From the NCBI GenBank assembly GCA_030390025.1, contig JASTWF010000098.1, positions 620,001 to 684,000 on the forward strand: a stretch of 64,000 bases of DNA, given 5' to 3'. Both the position numbers and the translations under genes were made by a program. This DNA comes from Squalus acanthias. Taxonomy: Eukaryota. Shown piece after piece: positions 13,112-25,571 of the stretch. Below the pieces are notes generated by a model, which ran no database searches, was not told the DNA's origin, and saw only the letters and a program-made list of their open reading frames with translations. Positions within the stretch are counted from its first letter, which is position 1, and every line of letters begins with the position of its first letter.

Positions 13112-14992
13112 GTGAGCTGTGCATTTTGGTTAGTTTGGCTTGCCAGGCCATTGTTGTTACTATGCTTATTTGTATTTGTATCTGCTGTAGAACAGTGTTT
13201 TTGAATATTCCTGTGTGGGTAATCCCTGCAAACATTGGCACATGTTCACAGACTTCTGAAATAATGATGTCAGCAACCCAAAGGAAAACTGTGCTATCAG
13301 CACAAACAGTGTCATTGTAATTATTGTCAAAGAAACATCCTGCTTGCAATGCTAATCTATTGCAATTGTCAACTAAAATCCACTTTTTGTGAACCCCAGT
13401 TGGAGAGCTAATATGTGGGGTGGGGAGAATTGCACTTAATCCAATATGCTTCTTTAATGTTAATTCATTACCTCAAATTTCTCCCAGCACCAATGACGTG
13501 CCTGTACCTACCAGTACTTCAGTATTACACAGCTCAAAGTGCTCTATCCAGACAACCCAAGTTTGGAAGCACAGAATCTAATGGTTTTGCTGGGGCAATT
13601 GTTTCACGGCCACCGTTGCACTTCAGTGGAATCCAAGTGGAAACAGTGTGTGGACTGTAAATTGTATCCTTGCGATAGTAATGAATGTTGGTGCATCGTG
13701 CCAACTGGTTTGGTAGCGTCCGTCCATAATTTTGACTTTTCAAGAAAATCCCGCTGAAAATATTTTCCCCAACACAAAATCTTCCTGCTGGATCACTCAG
13801 TCCTGTTATACCGACTGTTTGCATTAAACAGTGGGTGGGGTCGGCAGTTGAAATGCATGACCAAACTTAACAAAAAATAAAGTAACGGCTACCTACAAAG
13901 ATTGGGAAGTGGGAAGCAGGTGCAAATCTGAGATTGATCTCAAAACTACACGGTTCTTGATGTTAGAGGTTTCGTTTAACTGCAGCTTGCGTTTAAATAG
14001 AGCCTTTTAATGTAAAGAAAGTCCTAGGGTGCAACAGTTGGTATTGAAGCTATGCAGCTATAACTTGTGGGGGGGGGGGGGGATTTCTGATATTTGTTGA
14101 ATGTTACGCAGATGAAGTGTACTCTTTTCAGATGCAGTTGCTGGGTTCAGCTGCAAAGTGAGTTTCTGTTTTTAAAAAAAAAAGCCTTGACTTTGCATTG
14201 TGAACTTATGGTCATGTCCACTCTAAACTACAGCTGTCTAAATCTATCCAATCCCAAATGTAATATCGCCACTACTTAGTCCAAAATTGTTTTTGTTTTC
14301 AGAGGGTGTATCCTCCCTCAAGTTGGGCGATAAGAACTTGCAGTTTAGTTAATTAGAGCAGGGAAAGTTAAGGGAGAAATTTAGTAGAAGCCTTAACTGA
14401 TAAGAGTACGACCAGGCAAATAATGCAAGATTTGCACTTGGTGAATTAGCAACAAGGGGGTTTACACCCAAGCTTAGTACTAGAAACATGGAAGGAATTT
14501 TTCCATGCAAAGGGCCGTTAAAATAATGGAATACATGATAAGTGGCATGGACCTATTGGGCCGAATGGCCTGTTTCTTTGCTGAGCCAGAGTCGAGCAGG
14601 AAATTTTGAGAGGAATTGAGTACACACTTGAAGAATGATATTAAAGGCTATATGGAAAGAGTGGGGAAATGAGATTAGATGGGATTGCTCTGGGAAGAAA
14701 GTAGAACCTGCACGATGGGCTGTGAGGCTTCCTGTGTTGAAATTTCTAATGTTTAACATAACTGGGTACAGCTAAAACTTTTGCTGGAATTTTCTTTGTT
14801 ATGGGAGACAGTTCCATGGTACCTTGCCAAAATGGTGATCCAAACCATGCTCATTGACGGGAGTTGTTGGTCAGCACAGCCGAGCCTCATTCATTCCACA
14901 CAATACTTTCTGGTAAGGGTACAGCAGATAATCGGTGGTGGGATCTCTGGCTTTTACCCTCCTTAGCCTGGAGCAATGAAGCCAGTTTTATT

Positions 14993-16685
14993 GGTATTAA
15001 TCTTCCAGAATTCCCTAGATTCTAGAACAGTCTCCAAGGATTGGAAAGTAGCAAACATAAACCCGCTATTTAAGAAAGGAGGAAGAAAAAACGGGGAACT
15101 ATAGGCCAGTTAGCCTGACTTCAGTACTAGGCAAAATGCTAGAATCTATTATTAGGGATGTGGTAACAGGGCACTTAGAAAATTGTTATGTGATTAGGCA
15201 GCGTCAACATGGTTTTATGAAAGGGAAATCATGTTTGATAAATCTGTTAATTTTTTGAAGATGTAACTAGTGGAACCAGTGGATGTAGTATATTTTGATT
15301 TTCAAAAAGCATTCGATAAGGTGCCACACAAAAGGTTATTACACAAAATTGGAACCTATGGGATTGGGGGTAATATACTAGCATGGATCGAGGATTGGTT
15401 AATGGACAGAAAACAGAGAGTAGGAATAAACGGGACTTTTTCGGGTTGGCAGGCTGTAACTTGCGGGAACCGCAAGGATCAGTGCTCGGGCCTCAGCTAT
15501 TTACAATCTACATTAATGACTTAGATGAAGGGACGTATCCAAGTTTGCTGATATAAAGTTATGGGAAGGTAAACTGTGAGGAGGACGCAAAGAGGCTGCA
15601 GAGAGATATAGACAGGTTGACTGAGTAGGCAAGAGCATGGCAAATGGAATACAATGTGGGGAAGTGAGAAATTATCCACTTTGGTAGGTAAAACAAAAAA
15701 GCAGAATATTTTTTGAATGGCGAGAGACTGGGAAATGTCTGCATTCAGAAGGACCTGGGTGTCCTGGTACATGAATTACAGAAAGTTAACATTCAGGTAC
15801 AGCCAGCAATTAGGAAAGCAAATGGTATGTTAGCTTTTGTCACAAAGGGATTAGAGTACAAGAGTAAAGAAGTCTTACTACAATTATATAGGGCATTGGT
15901 GAGGCCACACCTGGAGTACTGTGTACAGTTCTGGTCTCTCTACCTAAGGAAAAAATGTGAAGTCGCACAACACCAGGTTATAGTCCAACAGTTTTATTTG
16001 AAATCACAAGCTTTCGGAGCGCTGCTCCTTCGTCAGGTGAAGTGAAGAAAAGGAGCAGAGCTCCGAAAGCTTGTGATTTCAAATAAAACTGTTGGACTAT
16101 AACCTGGTGTTGTGCGACTTCTCACATTTGTCCACCCCAGTCCAACACCGGCATCTCCACATCATACCTAAGGAAAGACATACTTGCCTTTAGAGGGAGT
16201 GCAACGAAGGTTCACTAGACTGGTTCCTGGGATGAGATGGTTGCCCTATGAGGAGATTGAGTAGACTAGGCCTATATTCCCTAGAATTTAGAAGAATGAG
16301 AGGTGATCTCATTGAAACATATAAAATTCTTAAGGCACTTGACAGGGTTAATGCTGTGAAAATGTTTCCCCTGGCTGGGGAATCTAGAACACGGGGTCAC
16401 AGTCTCAGAATAAGAGGTCGGCCATTTAGGACTGAGATGAGAAATTTCTTCACTGAGGGTTGTGAATTTTTGGAATTCTCTATCCCAGAGAGCTGTGGAT
16501 GCTCAGTTGTTGAGTATATTCAGAACAGAGGTCGATAAATTTTTGGGAACTAAGGGAATCAAGGGATATGGGGATAGTGCAGGAAAGTGGAGTTGAGGTA
16601 GAAGATCAGCCATGATCTTATTGAATGGCGGAGCAGGCTCGAGGGGCCGAATGGCCGACTCCTGCTCCTAATTCTTATGTTCTTT
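14993..16685 (+). mobile_element. CR1 LINE RT fragment interrupted by a Penelope mini-element
   Basis: DFQKAFDKVPH, RPHLEYC, RGDLIETYK; tail ttcttatgttct. Confidence 0.92.
15953..16164. mobile_element. Penelope-like inverted-pLTR mini-element with hammerhead ribozyme (intact on - strand)
   Basis: 12-bp TSD tacctaaggaaa (15941-15952, 16165-16176); long inverted repeat; - strand tcac-CTGACGA-a-ggagc/gctcc-GAAAG-CTT-gtga. Confidence 0.85.
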
Positions 16686-16891
16686 AGTTCCCCCGCTACT
16701 GCTTCAGCTGAGAATAGCTAACTCAGTTAGGATCAAATCGGGCTCTTTCTCGTCTGTTCCTTTAGTACCGCACCATGGGATCCATATGCTTACTGAGCCT
16801 TTGGGACATTGTTGTAATGGAATAAATTAAAAATTTCCTCAGACCCTGTAAATCGTGTGAAATTTACTGGTGAGAAACTAAACTTTTTAAT

Positions 16892-17804
16892 CTTGGAAGT
16901 ATAGTGAGCAGTGAGGAGGAGAGTGATGGACTTCAAGAAGACCTGGACAGGCTGGTGAAATGGGTGGACACGTGGCAGATGAAATTTAACGCAGAAAAGT
17001 GCAAAGTGATACATTTTGGTAGAAAGAATGAGGAGAGGCAATATAAACTAAAGGGTACAATTCTGAAGCAGGTGCATGAACAGAGAGACCTGGGGGTATA
17101 TGTGCACAAATCGTTGAAGGTGGCAGGGCAGGTTGAGAAAGCGGTTAAAAAAGCAAACGGGATCCTGGGCTTCATAAATAGAGGCATAGAGTACAAAAGC
17201 AAGGAAGTGATGATGAACCTTTATAAAACACTGGTTCGGCCTCAACTGGAGTATTGTGTCCAATTCTGGGTACCACACTTTAGGAAGGATCTGAAGGCCT
17301 TAGAGAGGGTGCAGAAAAGATTTACGCGAATGGTTCCTGGGATGAGGGACTTCAGTTACGTGGATAGACTGGAGAAGCTGGGGTTGTTCTCCTTAAAGCA
17401 GAGCAGGTTGAGAGGAGATTTAATAGAGGTGTTCAAAATCATGAGCGGTCTGGACAGAGTAGATAGAGAGAAACTGCTCCCATTGGCGGAAGGGTCGAGA
17501 ACCAGAGGAGACAGATTTAAGGTGATTGGCAGAAGAACCAAAGGCGACATGAGGAAAAACCTTTTTACGCAGCGAGTGGTTATGATCTGGAATGCACTGC
17601 CTGAAAGGGTGGTGGAGGCAGACTCGATCATGGCTTTCAAAAGGAAATTGGATAAGTACCTGAAGGATAAAGATTTGCAGGGCTTACGGGGAAAGGGCGG
17701 GGGAGTGGGATTAGCTGAAGTGCTCTTGCAGAGAGGCGGCACGGGCTCGACGGGCCAAAAAGCCGCCTCCTGTGCTGTAACCATTCTATGATTCTATGAT
17801 TCTA
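16892..17804 (+). mobile_element. Young CR1 LINE 3' fragment abutting the OGA exon 7 acceptor
   Basis: 295-aa ORF of CR1 RT C-terminus; tail ATTCTATG-ATTCTATG-ATTCTAG; same family as 8611-11100. Confidence 0.95.
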
Positions 17805-17805
17805 G

Positions 17806-18090
17806 GTCCAAAAGTAGTGTCCAAAGATATCTCTGTGGACTCCATTGAGGAAGTCACCAAATTACTGAAGAGGTCTCCTCTCATCTGGGACAATCTCCAT
17901 GCCAATGATTACGATCAGAAGCGTCTTTTCCTTGGACCATACAAGGGGCGGTCGACTGAGCTCATTCCGCGACTGAAAGGAGTACTGACAAACCCCAACT
18001 GTGAATTTGAAGGGAACTTTGTCGCCATTCACACACTGGCTACCTGGTACAAATCCAACATGAATGGTGTGAGGAAGGATGTTGTGATGA
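17806..18090 (+). CDS. OGA: OGA exon 7 (PKVVSKDI...[11 protein letters not shown]...VRKDVVM)
   Basis: attctag|GTCCAAAA...ATGA|gtgagt; WDN.HANDY motif; the acceptor directly abuts a LINE tail. Confidence 0.97.
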
Positions 18091-18983
18091 GTGAGTACAC
18101 TATGAAGCTCTGCTGCTGGGTATTTCTGAAGTGCTGCAGCTTATGCTTTGCATGCTTCATGAGGGAGGGTGTGCACTACTGTGCTATTGCAATTAAAACA
18201 TGTCCAAAGTCAGCTTCAGCTGCAAAGAGAGAGCCCTCTCATTCTGCATATAACTCTACCCAGTTATCCACCTCTTCTCCCACCTCAGCAAAACAAAATG
18301 TGGTGACTTAGACTAAATGCAGTTCCACAGCTGCTGTCAGTCCTCTCATACCTCACCTAGCTATCTGTTCTTTGTCTATTCCTAAACAGGAAATGGTGAC
18401 AGGTTTTCAACATGAGGGCATCACAGCTAAGCCCAGGCCTGCACCAACACAAACCTTCCAGAGAGTGAACAGGAATGGAAACTAGGTCGGATTTGTGCTC
18501 CTCTTTCTATTTCCCCCAAGGGACGGACTGTTGAAGATGGGTAGATAAGTGTAGCACCATTGCTGCTGCCCTCACCGAGATCCTCTAACTCCACCCAGAT
18601 CAGAAATTGAAGCTGGGACCTTGCTGCTCTTTACGGCCCAGTACCATGTTGAACAGTACGTTTTACCCATGTCAAAAGTGACAATACTGTATCAAGTGCA
18701 GTGTAATTGAACTGTCTGGCTAGTAAACAGTGTAGGTCCTGATCCCCATGGTGGCTTCTTTTCCTATTAACCTATTCAATCTTGTGTATCTATACTTAAC
18801 TCGCTGTACTGACCATTTCCCTGATGTGAGGGCAAGAGGGCAGTTGTCCCATCTTGTGTTCATGTTCTCTCCTGTGGCTGGAGTTTGGGGCCTGCCACAT
18901 CTGTTTGACTCATGTTCTGATTCCTTCACGCTCATGATTTTATTTTTGGTTGTACAGTAGCATTAACTCTTTATTTCCTCCAG

Positions 18984-19142
18984 CTGACACAGAAGAGAGC
19001 ACTGTATCTATCCAGATCAAACTCGAAAATGAAGGCAGTGATGAGGAGATAGAAACCGATGTCTTGTACAGCCCTCAGATGGCTTTGAAGATGGCTATAT
19101 CAGAATGGCTGCAGGAATTTGGAGTGCCACATCAGTACAACT
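18984..19142 (+). CDS. OGA: OGA exon 8 ([52 protein letters not shown])
   Basis: cctccag|CTGAC...AACT|gtaagt. Confidence 0.96.
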
Positions 19143-19973
19143 GTAAGTGTCCTGTGTTTAAGGATATTTTTTCCTCCCCGCCCTGAATAAGGTTTTCCCA
19201 CTGTTAATCCACCAAGATTTGCACCTCCTGTCAAGCAGAAGGATGGGCTACTCACTCCCAAACGTCTGACAGTACCTCCCTTTTTCTGCTTGCTTAGAAG
19301 CACAGTGCTGCCCAGGCAAGACTCTTCTTTCCCTCCCCACCCCTTCTGTAGGTCTTGCTATTTGCTTATCAGTTTGATTGGAGAGCGAGATAAAATCTCA
19401 CCTCTGCACATTAGCACTACTGGACTGATGCTTCAGTTTCCAGTTGGAGTGCGCTGTCATGAGTGCAGAGGGGGACCTGCATCCAAATTGAGCAATGTTA
19501 AAATAAGAGCAAGTATGAATACTGCTACAGAGTGATGCTCTTTGATGAATTGGGAACAAAGTAATGGCTGTAGTGATATTTGAGAGCTGAGCATGCAGTG
19601 AACTAGGAGATACTTGTAGTAGGGAAATGGGTTCCTTTGTACTGACAGATCTTGGAACGGCTGGATATTAATTACAGTGCTGTTCCATGACTAGTGAATA
19701 AAGGTACATGCCAGTGTCGGACCAAGACCAGAAGGTCCCATGGTCAATATTTGCCCTGCTACTGCCGCCCTGACTCAGATCATGTAACTCGGCACAGGTC
19801 AAGATTTGACCTTGAGACCGTCTAGGCCTTGTGGCTTGGTGCTGGCAAGGCTGTATCTTTATCCACTGAGCCATTGGCCAAGCTGCTTGCTAAATGTAGC
19901 TTTTTCCACTAATAGTTGATTAGTTCTAGTTTGCCGTGGTTTTTTTTTTTAAAGCATTGCTTTTTGTTCTCAG

Positions 19974-20590
19974 GCCGAACAGTCCCTCACAGCGGCGCAA
20001 AGACAAATGCAATTCATATAGGAGCGCTAGACACGCCCTGCCTGAACTCCTCCACGACAGTGACCACTGTCTACCAGCAGCCCATCATGAGTCAGGGAAG
20101 CCCGCTGAGTGGCGAGCCAGCCCCGCTGGCTAAGGAAGAGGAGGAGAAGAAACAGCAGTCCGATGAAGAACCAATGGAGATGGTGGTGGAAAAACCGGAT
20201 GAACAAGAAGCCAAAAACGTCAATCAGATCCTTACAGACATCGTCAAGGCCAAAATGTCTGAGGATCTCAAACCCATGGAGATGGACAAAGACAGCATTG
20301 CTGAATCCAAGTCTCCCGAGATCTTCATGCAGGAAGACTCTGGGAGTGACATAGCACCCATGCAGACAGATGAGCAGATCAACAAGGAGCAGTACATCCC
20401 AGGTCCCAATGAGAAGCCGTTATACACTGCTGAAGCTGTGACTCTGGAAGACCTGAACCTCTTAGCTGAGATGTTCTATCTGCCTTATGAGCACGGGCCC
20501 AAAGCTGTTCAGATGCTGAGGGAGTTCCAGTGGCTTCGGGCCAACAGTAGTGTCGTTAGTGTGAACTGTAAAGGAAAAGATGCCGAAAAG
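19974..20590 (+). CDS. OGA: OGA exon 9 (disordered linker and start of stalk)
   Basis: ttctcag|GCCGA...GAAAAG|gtgagt; RTVPHSGAK...FYLPYEHGP...KGKDAEK. Confidence 0.97.
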
Positions 20591-20661
20591 GTGAGTGCAC
20601 TTGTGTGCCCTCATGAAGGTGGTTGTAAATGGTTTGATTTCAGAATGTTGTAGAAGTGGAA

Positions 20662-21060
20662 AGGGCTAGACGATGCAATTGGTTGAACACTGACATCTCA
20701 CCTCTGGAACCAGAGTTTGAATCAAGCCCAGGTGCATGTGGCTGAGAGTCTGCTCTGTTGATTTGAGCAGTCGGAATCCAGCTCCATGTTGCCACCAGCC
20801 CTCTTGGGGGACGGGGTGGTAATGGTGGTTATCTGGTCTCGGGAACTGCTGGGTAGCTAGTGTGAGAAATCGAAAAATAATACAGTAGGATGAGCATTAC
20901 TTGGATTGGGGCTGAGGCACATTGGTGGGAGAGAGGAGCGGAAGCCATCCACTCCCTGTCCTGGTTATACCTGAACTGGAAGTGTTTGATGTTAACACTG
21001 GGTAACTGAAATGTAAGGTTTCATTCCCCAGTACTGGCAGTCAATAGGGCAAAATTAAAA
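20662..21060 (+). mobile_element. Degenerate LF-SINE-like element
   Basis: tcacctctggaaccagagtttgaatcaagcccaggt and gggctgaggcacattggtggga resemble LF-SINE blocks as recalled. Confidence 0.55.
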
Positions 21061-21169
21061 CATGGAAAAAGTAGCGCTGCACTTCGAATCCAATAGCTTA
21101 ACTTTATACAGAGGGACAAAAATGCACTTTTTTCATAAAGTTGAGGATGTTTATACCATGAATGAAATG

Positions 21170-21365
21170 CTCCCTCTACACCTTAAGATCCTGTACTACT
21201 AGAGCAGGTACAGCACGGGTTAGATACAGAGTAAAACTCCCTCTACACTGTCCCATCATACACTCCCAGGACAGGTACAGCACGGGTTAGATACAGAGTA
21301 AAACTCCCTCTACACTGTCCCATCAAACACTCCCAGGGCAGATATGGAATGGTTTAGATACAGAT
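21170..21365. repeat. About 2.5 copies of the 67-bp minisatellite unit
   Basis: Same unit as 56074-58318. Confidence 0.85.
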
Positions 21366-23070
21366 TAGATGTAGTGAAAAATACCTGAAAATGTTAGAAA
21401 TATGCAGCAGGCCAGTCATTATCTGAAGAGATGAGATGAGTTAACATCTTGGGTGTCGACCTAAAGTTAACTGTTTTCTTCCCTGTGCAGATGTTAGATT
21501 TGCTGAGTATTTCAGCATATTCTGTTTTTATTTCAGGTTTCCTGCATTTGCAATCTTTTTATCTCTTGATGCAGAGTAAGGTTCCCTTTACAATGCCCCG
21601 TAAAGTCCCTGTGCTTGATACATGGCTTTCACCTGTGTTTCTTGCTGATTCTAATTTCCAAATTTGCCTGTAAACTGGCATTCTCTCATGCCTAGCTGCT
21701 TCACCTCTAACTGAAACAAGCTTTTTTTGCCCCCTCCTCCTCTCTTTTTCCCCCCCCCCCCCCCCCAAACAACTTGAAATGAAAACATTTTTGTATACCC
21801 TGGTTTTGTCAGACAGGTATTATAAAATTTGACACTTGTGGGTTTGTTGAGAATTGAGTGAATGGGCGACATTCTTGTGTACCCGTAAAGCTGTTACTAA
21901 TACTGACTTTCCTGTTGCTTGTTTTTATTTCTCTGTCCCTGTCCCCCTCTTCCCCTATTGCTCCACACGTTGAGTTTCATCTGCTGCTTAATGTTGGTTG
22001 ATGAGTGCATTTCCCTGCAGTAGGACTGGATCCAGTTTTTGTTGTGGCTGTTGCCTACCTTTGTCAATGGTGTTTTGTTGATTCCCTCACACGGTAGAAC
22101 TCTCATACAGAGCTGAAAGTAATTAGCTAAGGGACTGTTGACTCTATTCTGAAGTGATCTGCCCAGATGTTACAGAAATACCACAAAGATCCCCCTCTAG
22201 GGAGACCGGTATTTGTTTACGTGGCAAGCGGAGAGAGATGGTGTGGTAATGATCTCCCCTTTGATGGCATGTACATACTTTATAATGTCTTTCCAGGCGT
22301 CATTGTCTGGAACTGTCAGCTCAAGTTAAGTGCAAGGCAGCTTGGAACGAATAGATTCTCGGTTCTGATTTTTGCCGTACTTTAATTTACATGTACATAT
22401 GGGGCAAGGGACTTCGTGCCATGCCACGCCATTCCTTGACCGATCCCACAAATGTTTCCACATGCAGCCTGAACTGTGGTTTGTTCAAGTCTTGTAGATT
22501 TGCCAGAAAAGTCTCGGGCAGTACAAATGGACAATTTCCGAGTAGATCTGTATGAAATCACTTGCCCTAATGGTGAATGTTGGGTTGCCTACAGAAGGCT
22601 TGGTTTTTGTCCACTCAAGTGCAGCTTCTATAGACAAAGCTTCCACCTAGCTTGCTGTCTTTCTTTCAGACCTGCTTTTCTTAAGTGTATTTCTTGACTT
22701 TTTCCAAGTGTGTATTTTTTTGTGGGCTCAATACCACCCTTCCTGTCAACAAACTTGGGTGCAGCTCAGAGTGAGACCTTGGATGTGGCAGCGTGGGGCA
22801 AGGTTGCTCGACTAGGATGGTTGTATGTTGCTCAAAATTGCAGTGTTCCCAGATGAATTCTGCCCATTAACACCCCCAGAAGTATCAACTTCTTTCAAAG
22901 AATGAGAAAAGCTGCCTCTCCAGTGGGAGATTATGGACGGGGATGGGGAAGGGTGCTGTTGAAGTGGGTGTCTGCTTTTAGAATTGTACTCCGTATAAAA
23001 CTATGCTTCACTGGGTTATGCATCCAACATATATTCAGATACTATAAATCGTTCTGATTTTCTATTCCAG

Positions 23071-23245
23071 ATTGAGAAGTGGCATTTCAGAGCTACTAAA
23101 TTTGAAGAGATGTGCTGTGGCGTAATGCAGATGTTTACCCGTCTTGCCAACTGCGAAAACCGATCCATTCTATATGATCTCTACCCATATGTCTGGGATA
23201 TAAAGGGTGTGGTATCTATGGTGAAATCCTTTGTCCAGTGGTTAG
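23071..23245 (+). CDS. OGA: OGA exon 10 ([15 protein letters not shown]...VKSFVQWL)
   Basis: attccag|ATTGAG...TTAG|gtaggt. Confidence 0.97.
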
Positions 23246-24687
23246 GTAGGTACCATCGCAGTCTGGTCTTGTTCCCTCATGCACTTGGTTTAAGAATCTT
23301 CAATTGTGTCAGCCCTTGAAAGCAAATCTACTTCAGCACGAAATCTGGGGGTAGCAGTATCAAAATGGCATTAAAATGCTCCTCACTAAATTCTGCCATT
23401 TGCTATTTTTTTTTCTCCTCCAGTTAGCATTTTATCTAATTATCCCATGGTGATCTTGATTTTTCCCTGAGTCGCCTGTACAGTGCAGGATATTGGCAAG
23501 CTGATGTCCTGTTTCTACACTTGCGTTTGAAACCAACACCGGGGCTAATGTGGCCAATTTGAGCGAATTGTTTCCAAGGCACTTGTGAGCGTTTCTTTTT
23601 CTGGCTGTTGTGTTTTTCAGGGGCTGATGTAATTGTTCCCAGTAACTATTTTAAGTACACCAGTAGATTGTTTTTTTTTAAAGAAACACCCCATTGCATT
23701 TTATTTTTGTGTTGTCTCTTTTTCTGGGACTGACTGTGGACTGCATCATGTCACTAGAACTGGCTAAATGTTGCAAAATTGAAGAATGCTTCCGGGGAAA
23801 AAAAAGTAAGCAAGAAAAACACGAGAGAACTGAAATGTGCCGTGATCGTACAGAGCTGTTGGGAGCTGCTTGCTGTGTGTTTTTGTAACAACATTACTGT
23901 TTTCAACGGAACAGTGGCAGGCCAGCAGACGCAGCAATGCGAAGGCTTGGAACGCAGCCTCCAGCCCCCGCGCATGCGAGCTTTATAAAACGCGCAAGGC
24001 TATTCTGGTGTCTGCTGGTTCAGCCAGAACTTCAAAAGTGCGGCCAGTTTAAAAAAAAAAAAGACGGGGAGCTTTTCCGAAACTAAAACTGGAGACGCCA
24101 ATCTCCCTTTCCAAAAACAATTGGAATGCAGTCGTGGAAACGGCAGCAACGGTGACTTATTACATGTATATTGATTGGGATGGGGAAGTGCAGGCTGAGT
24201 AAGGCACCAGCATGGTCTGGGTTACGGCATGTAACCGAATTTTATTCACAGGTTTCTACGCAGATGGCAGGGAATATGGTGTGGATGCAGTCTTTTAAAA
24301 GTGATGCAGCAGGCAGCTCTGCTAGCACTGTGATCACGGCTCGGGTTCAGATCATGAGTCAGCTTTTGGAATACTCGGGGTTAGGGATTCTTTCTGTTTT
24401 AGCTGGTGGGTCTCCAATCTAAGCAAAGCATTGAGTACACACTTTGAAAAGCGTGGCTGCCATTGGTAGTGGGAAATGGGTGAGAAGAAGGTTATCTACT
24501 TAAAAATGCCACTTTGGATTTGAGACTGAAGTTTTGCAATCTGATAGCAGTGAAACCCAGGCCTGGGGAGATCGTTTTGACACACTCCAGAATTTTATAT
24601 AATAAATTAATCTCTATGCAGTATTTGAAATGATGAACGAATCTTCCTGTAGAAAGCACAAGGGCTATATATCTGCTCGTCCTGTAT

Positions 24688-25063
24688 ATAGAAACATAGA
24701 AACATAGAATCTAGGAGCAGGAGTAGGCCATTCGGCCCGTCGAGCCTGCTCCGCCATTCAATACGATCATGGCTGATCATCCAAATCCAGTACCCTGTCC
24801 CTGCTTTAATCCCCACAGTACACATATCCCACCCTACCCCCGTAACCCCACGTATTTAATTCCCCCTAACATATCCCATCCTATCCCCATAACCCCACAT
24901 ATTTAATCCCCCCTAACACTAAGGGTCAATTTATCATAGCCAAATCAACCTAACCCACACATTTTTGGACTGTGGGAGGAAACCGGAGCACCCGGCGGAA
25001 ACCCACGCAGACACGGGGAGAATGTGCAAACTCCACACAGACAGTCACCCGAGGTCAGATTCG
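24688..25063 (-). mobile_element. CR1 tail joined to a 5'-truncated HE1-like V-SINE
   Basis: CR1 3' UTR at 24688-24808; V-SINE body nearly identical to 3606-3860, with an internal ~48-bp duplication. Confidence 0.85.
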
Positions 25064-25517
25064 ATCTGAGCACTCTTATAGGTAAAAGTTTCAACAAAAC
25101 TTAATTGCTGGTTCTCAAACATATTAAGTGCTTAAGTGGGCACACTGATTCATCGTTTCTATAATCAGCACATGTGCATACAACAGTTTGTTGCTAGGTG
25201 GCAAACACTAGATTTCATTAAATCCACTATTGGAGACGTATAGCTTTGGCAGGAGCACTGATCAGGTTACACGAGCAGCAGTGCTTGACTAATTCCGTAC
25301 TAGGTCATCGAACGCTGGGGACCACAAGTTGTAATGAGAAACATGGCCCACCTGTCTCCTAGAAAAGGTTTAGAAGTCCGGTATTTGTCGGAGATACGGT
25401 CCTAGTGTATGTAGTGATGCAGTTCTCATTCTGTCGTAACCTGAGTGTGATGCTGTGATGTGACGGGTTACTAACGGCCTCTTCTATTGTCTTGTCTTCT
25501 TCCCTCATTGTGTACAG

Positions 25518-25571
25518 ATGGAAGAATCCTCAGCACAAGTTACTACAGCTGTGGGATCGACAACGCCACAT
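25518..25571 (+). CDS. OGA: Putative alternative in-frame cassette exon of OGA between exons 10 and 11 (DGRILSTSYYSCGIDNATW)
   Basis: TACTAAC branch point at 25469-25475, long pyrimidine tract, tacag|, 54 nt stop-free, phase 1 at both ends, weak donor CAT|gtacga. Confidence 0.75.
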
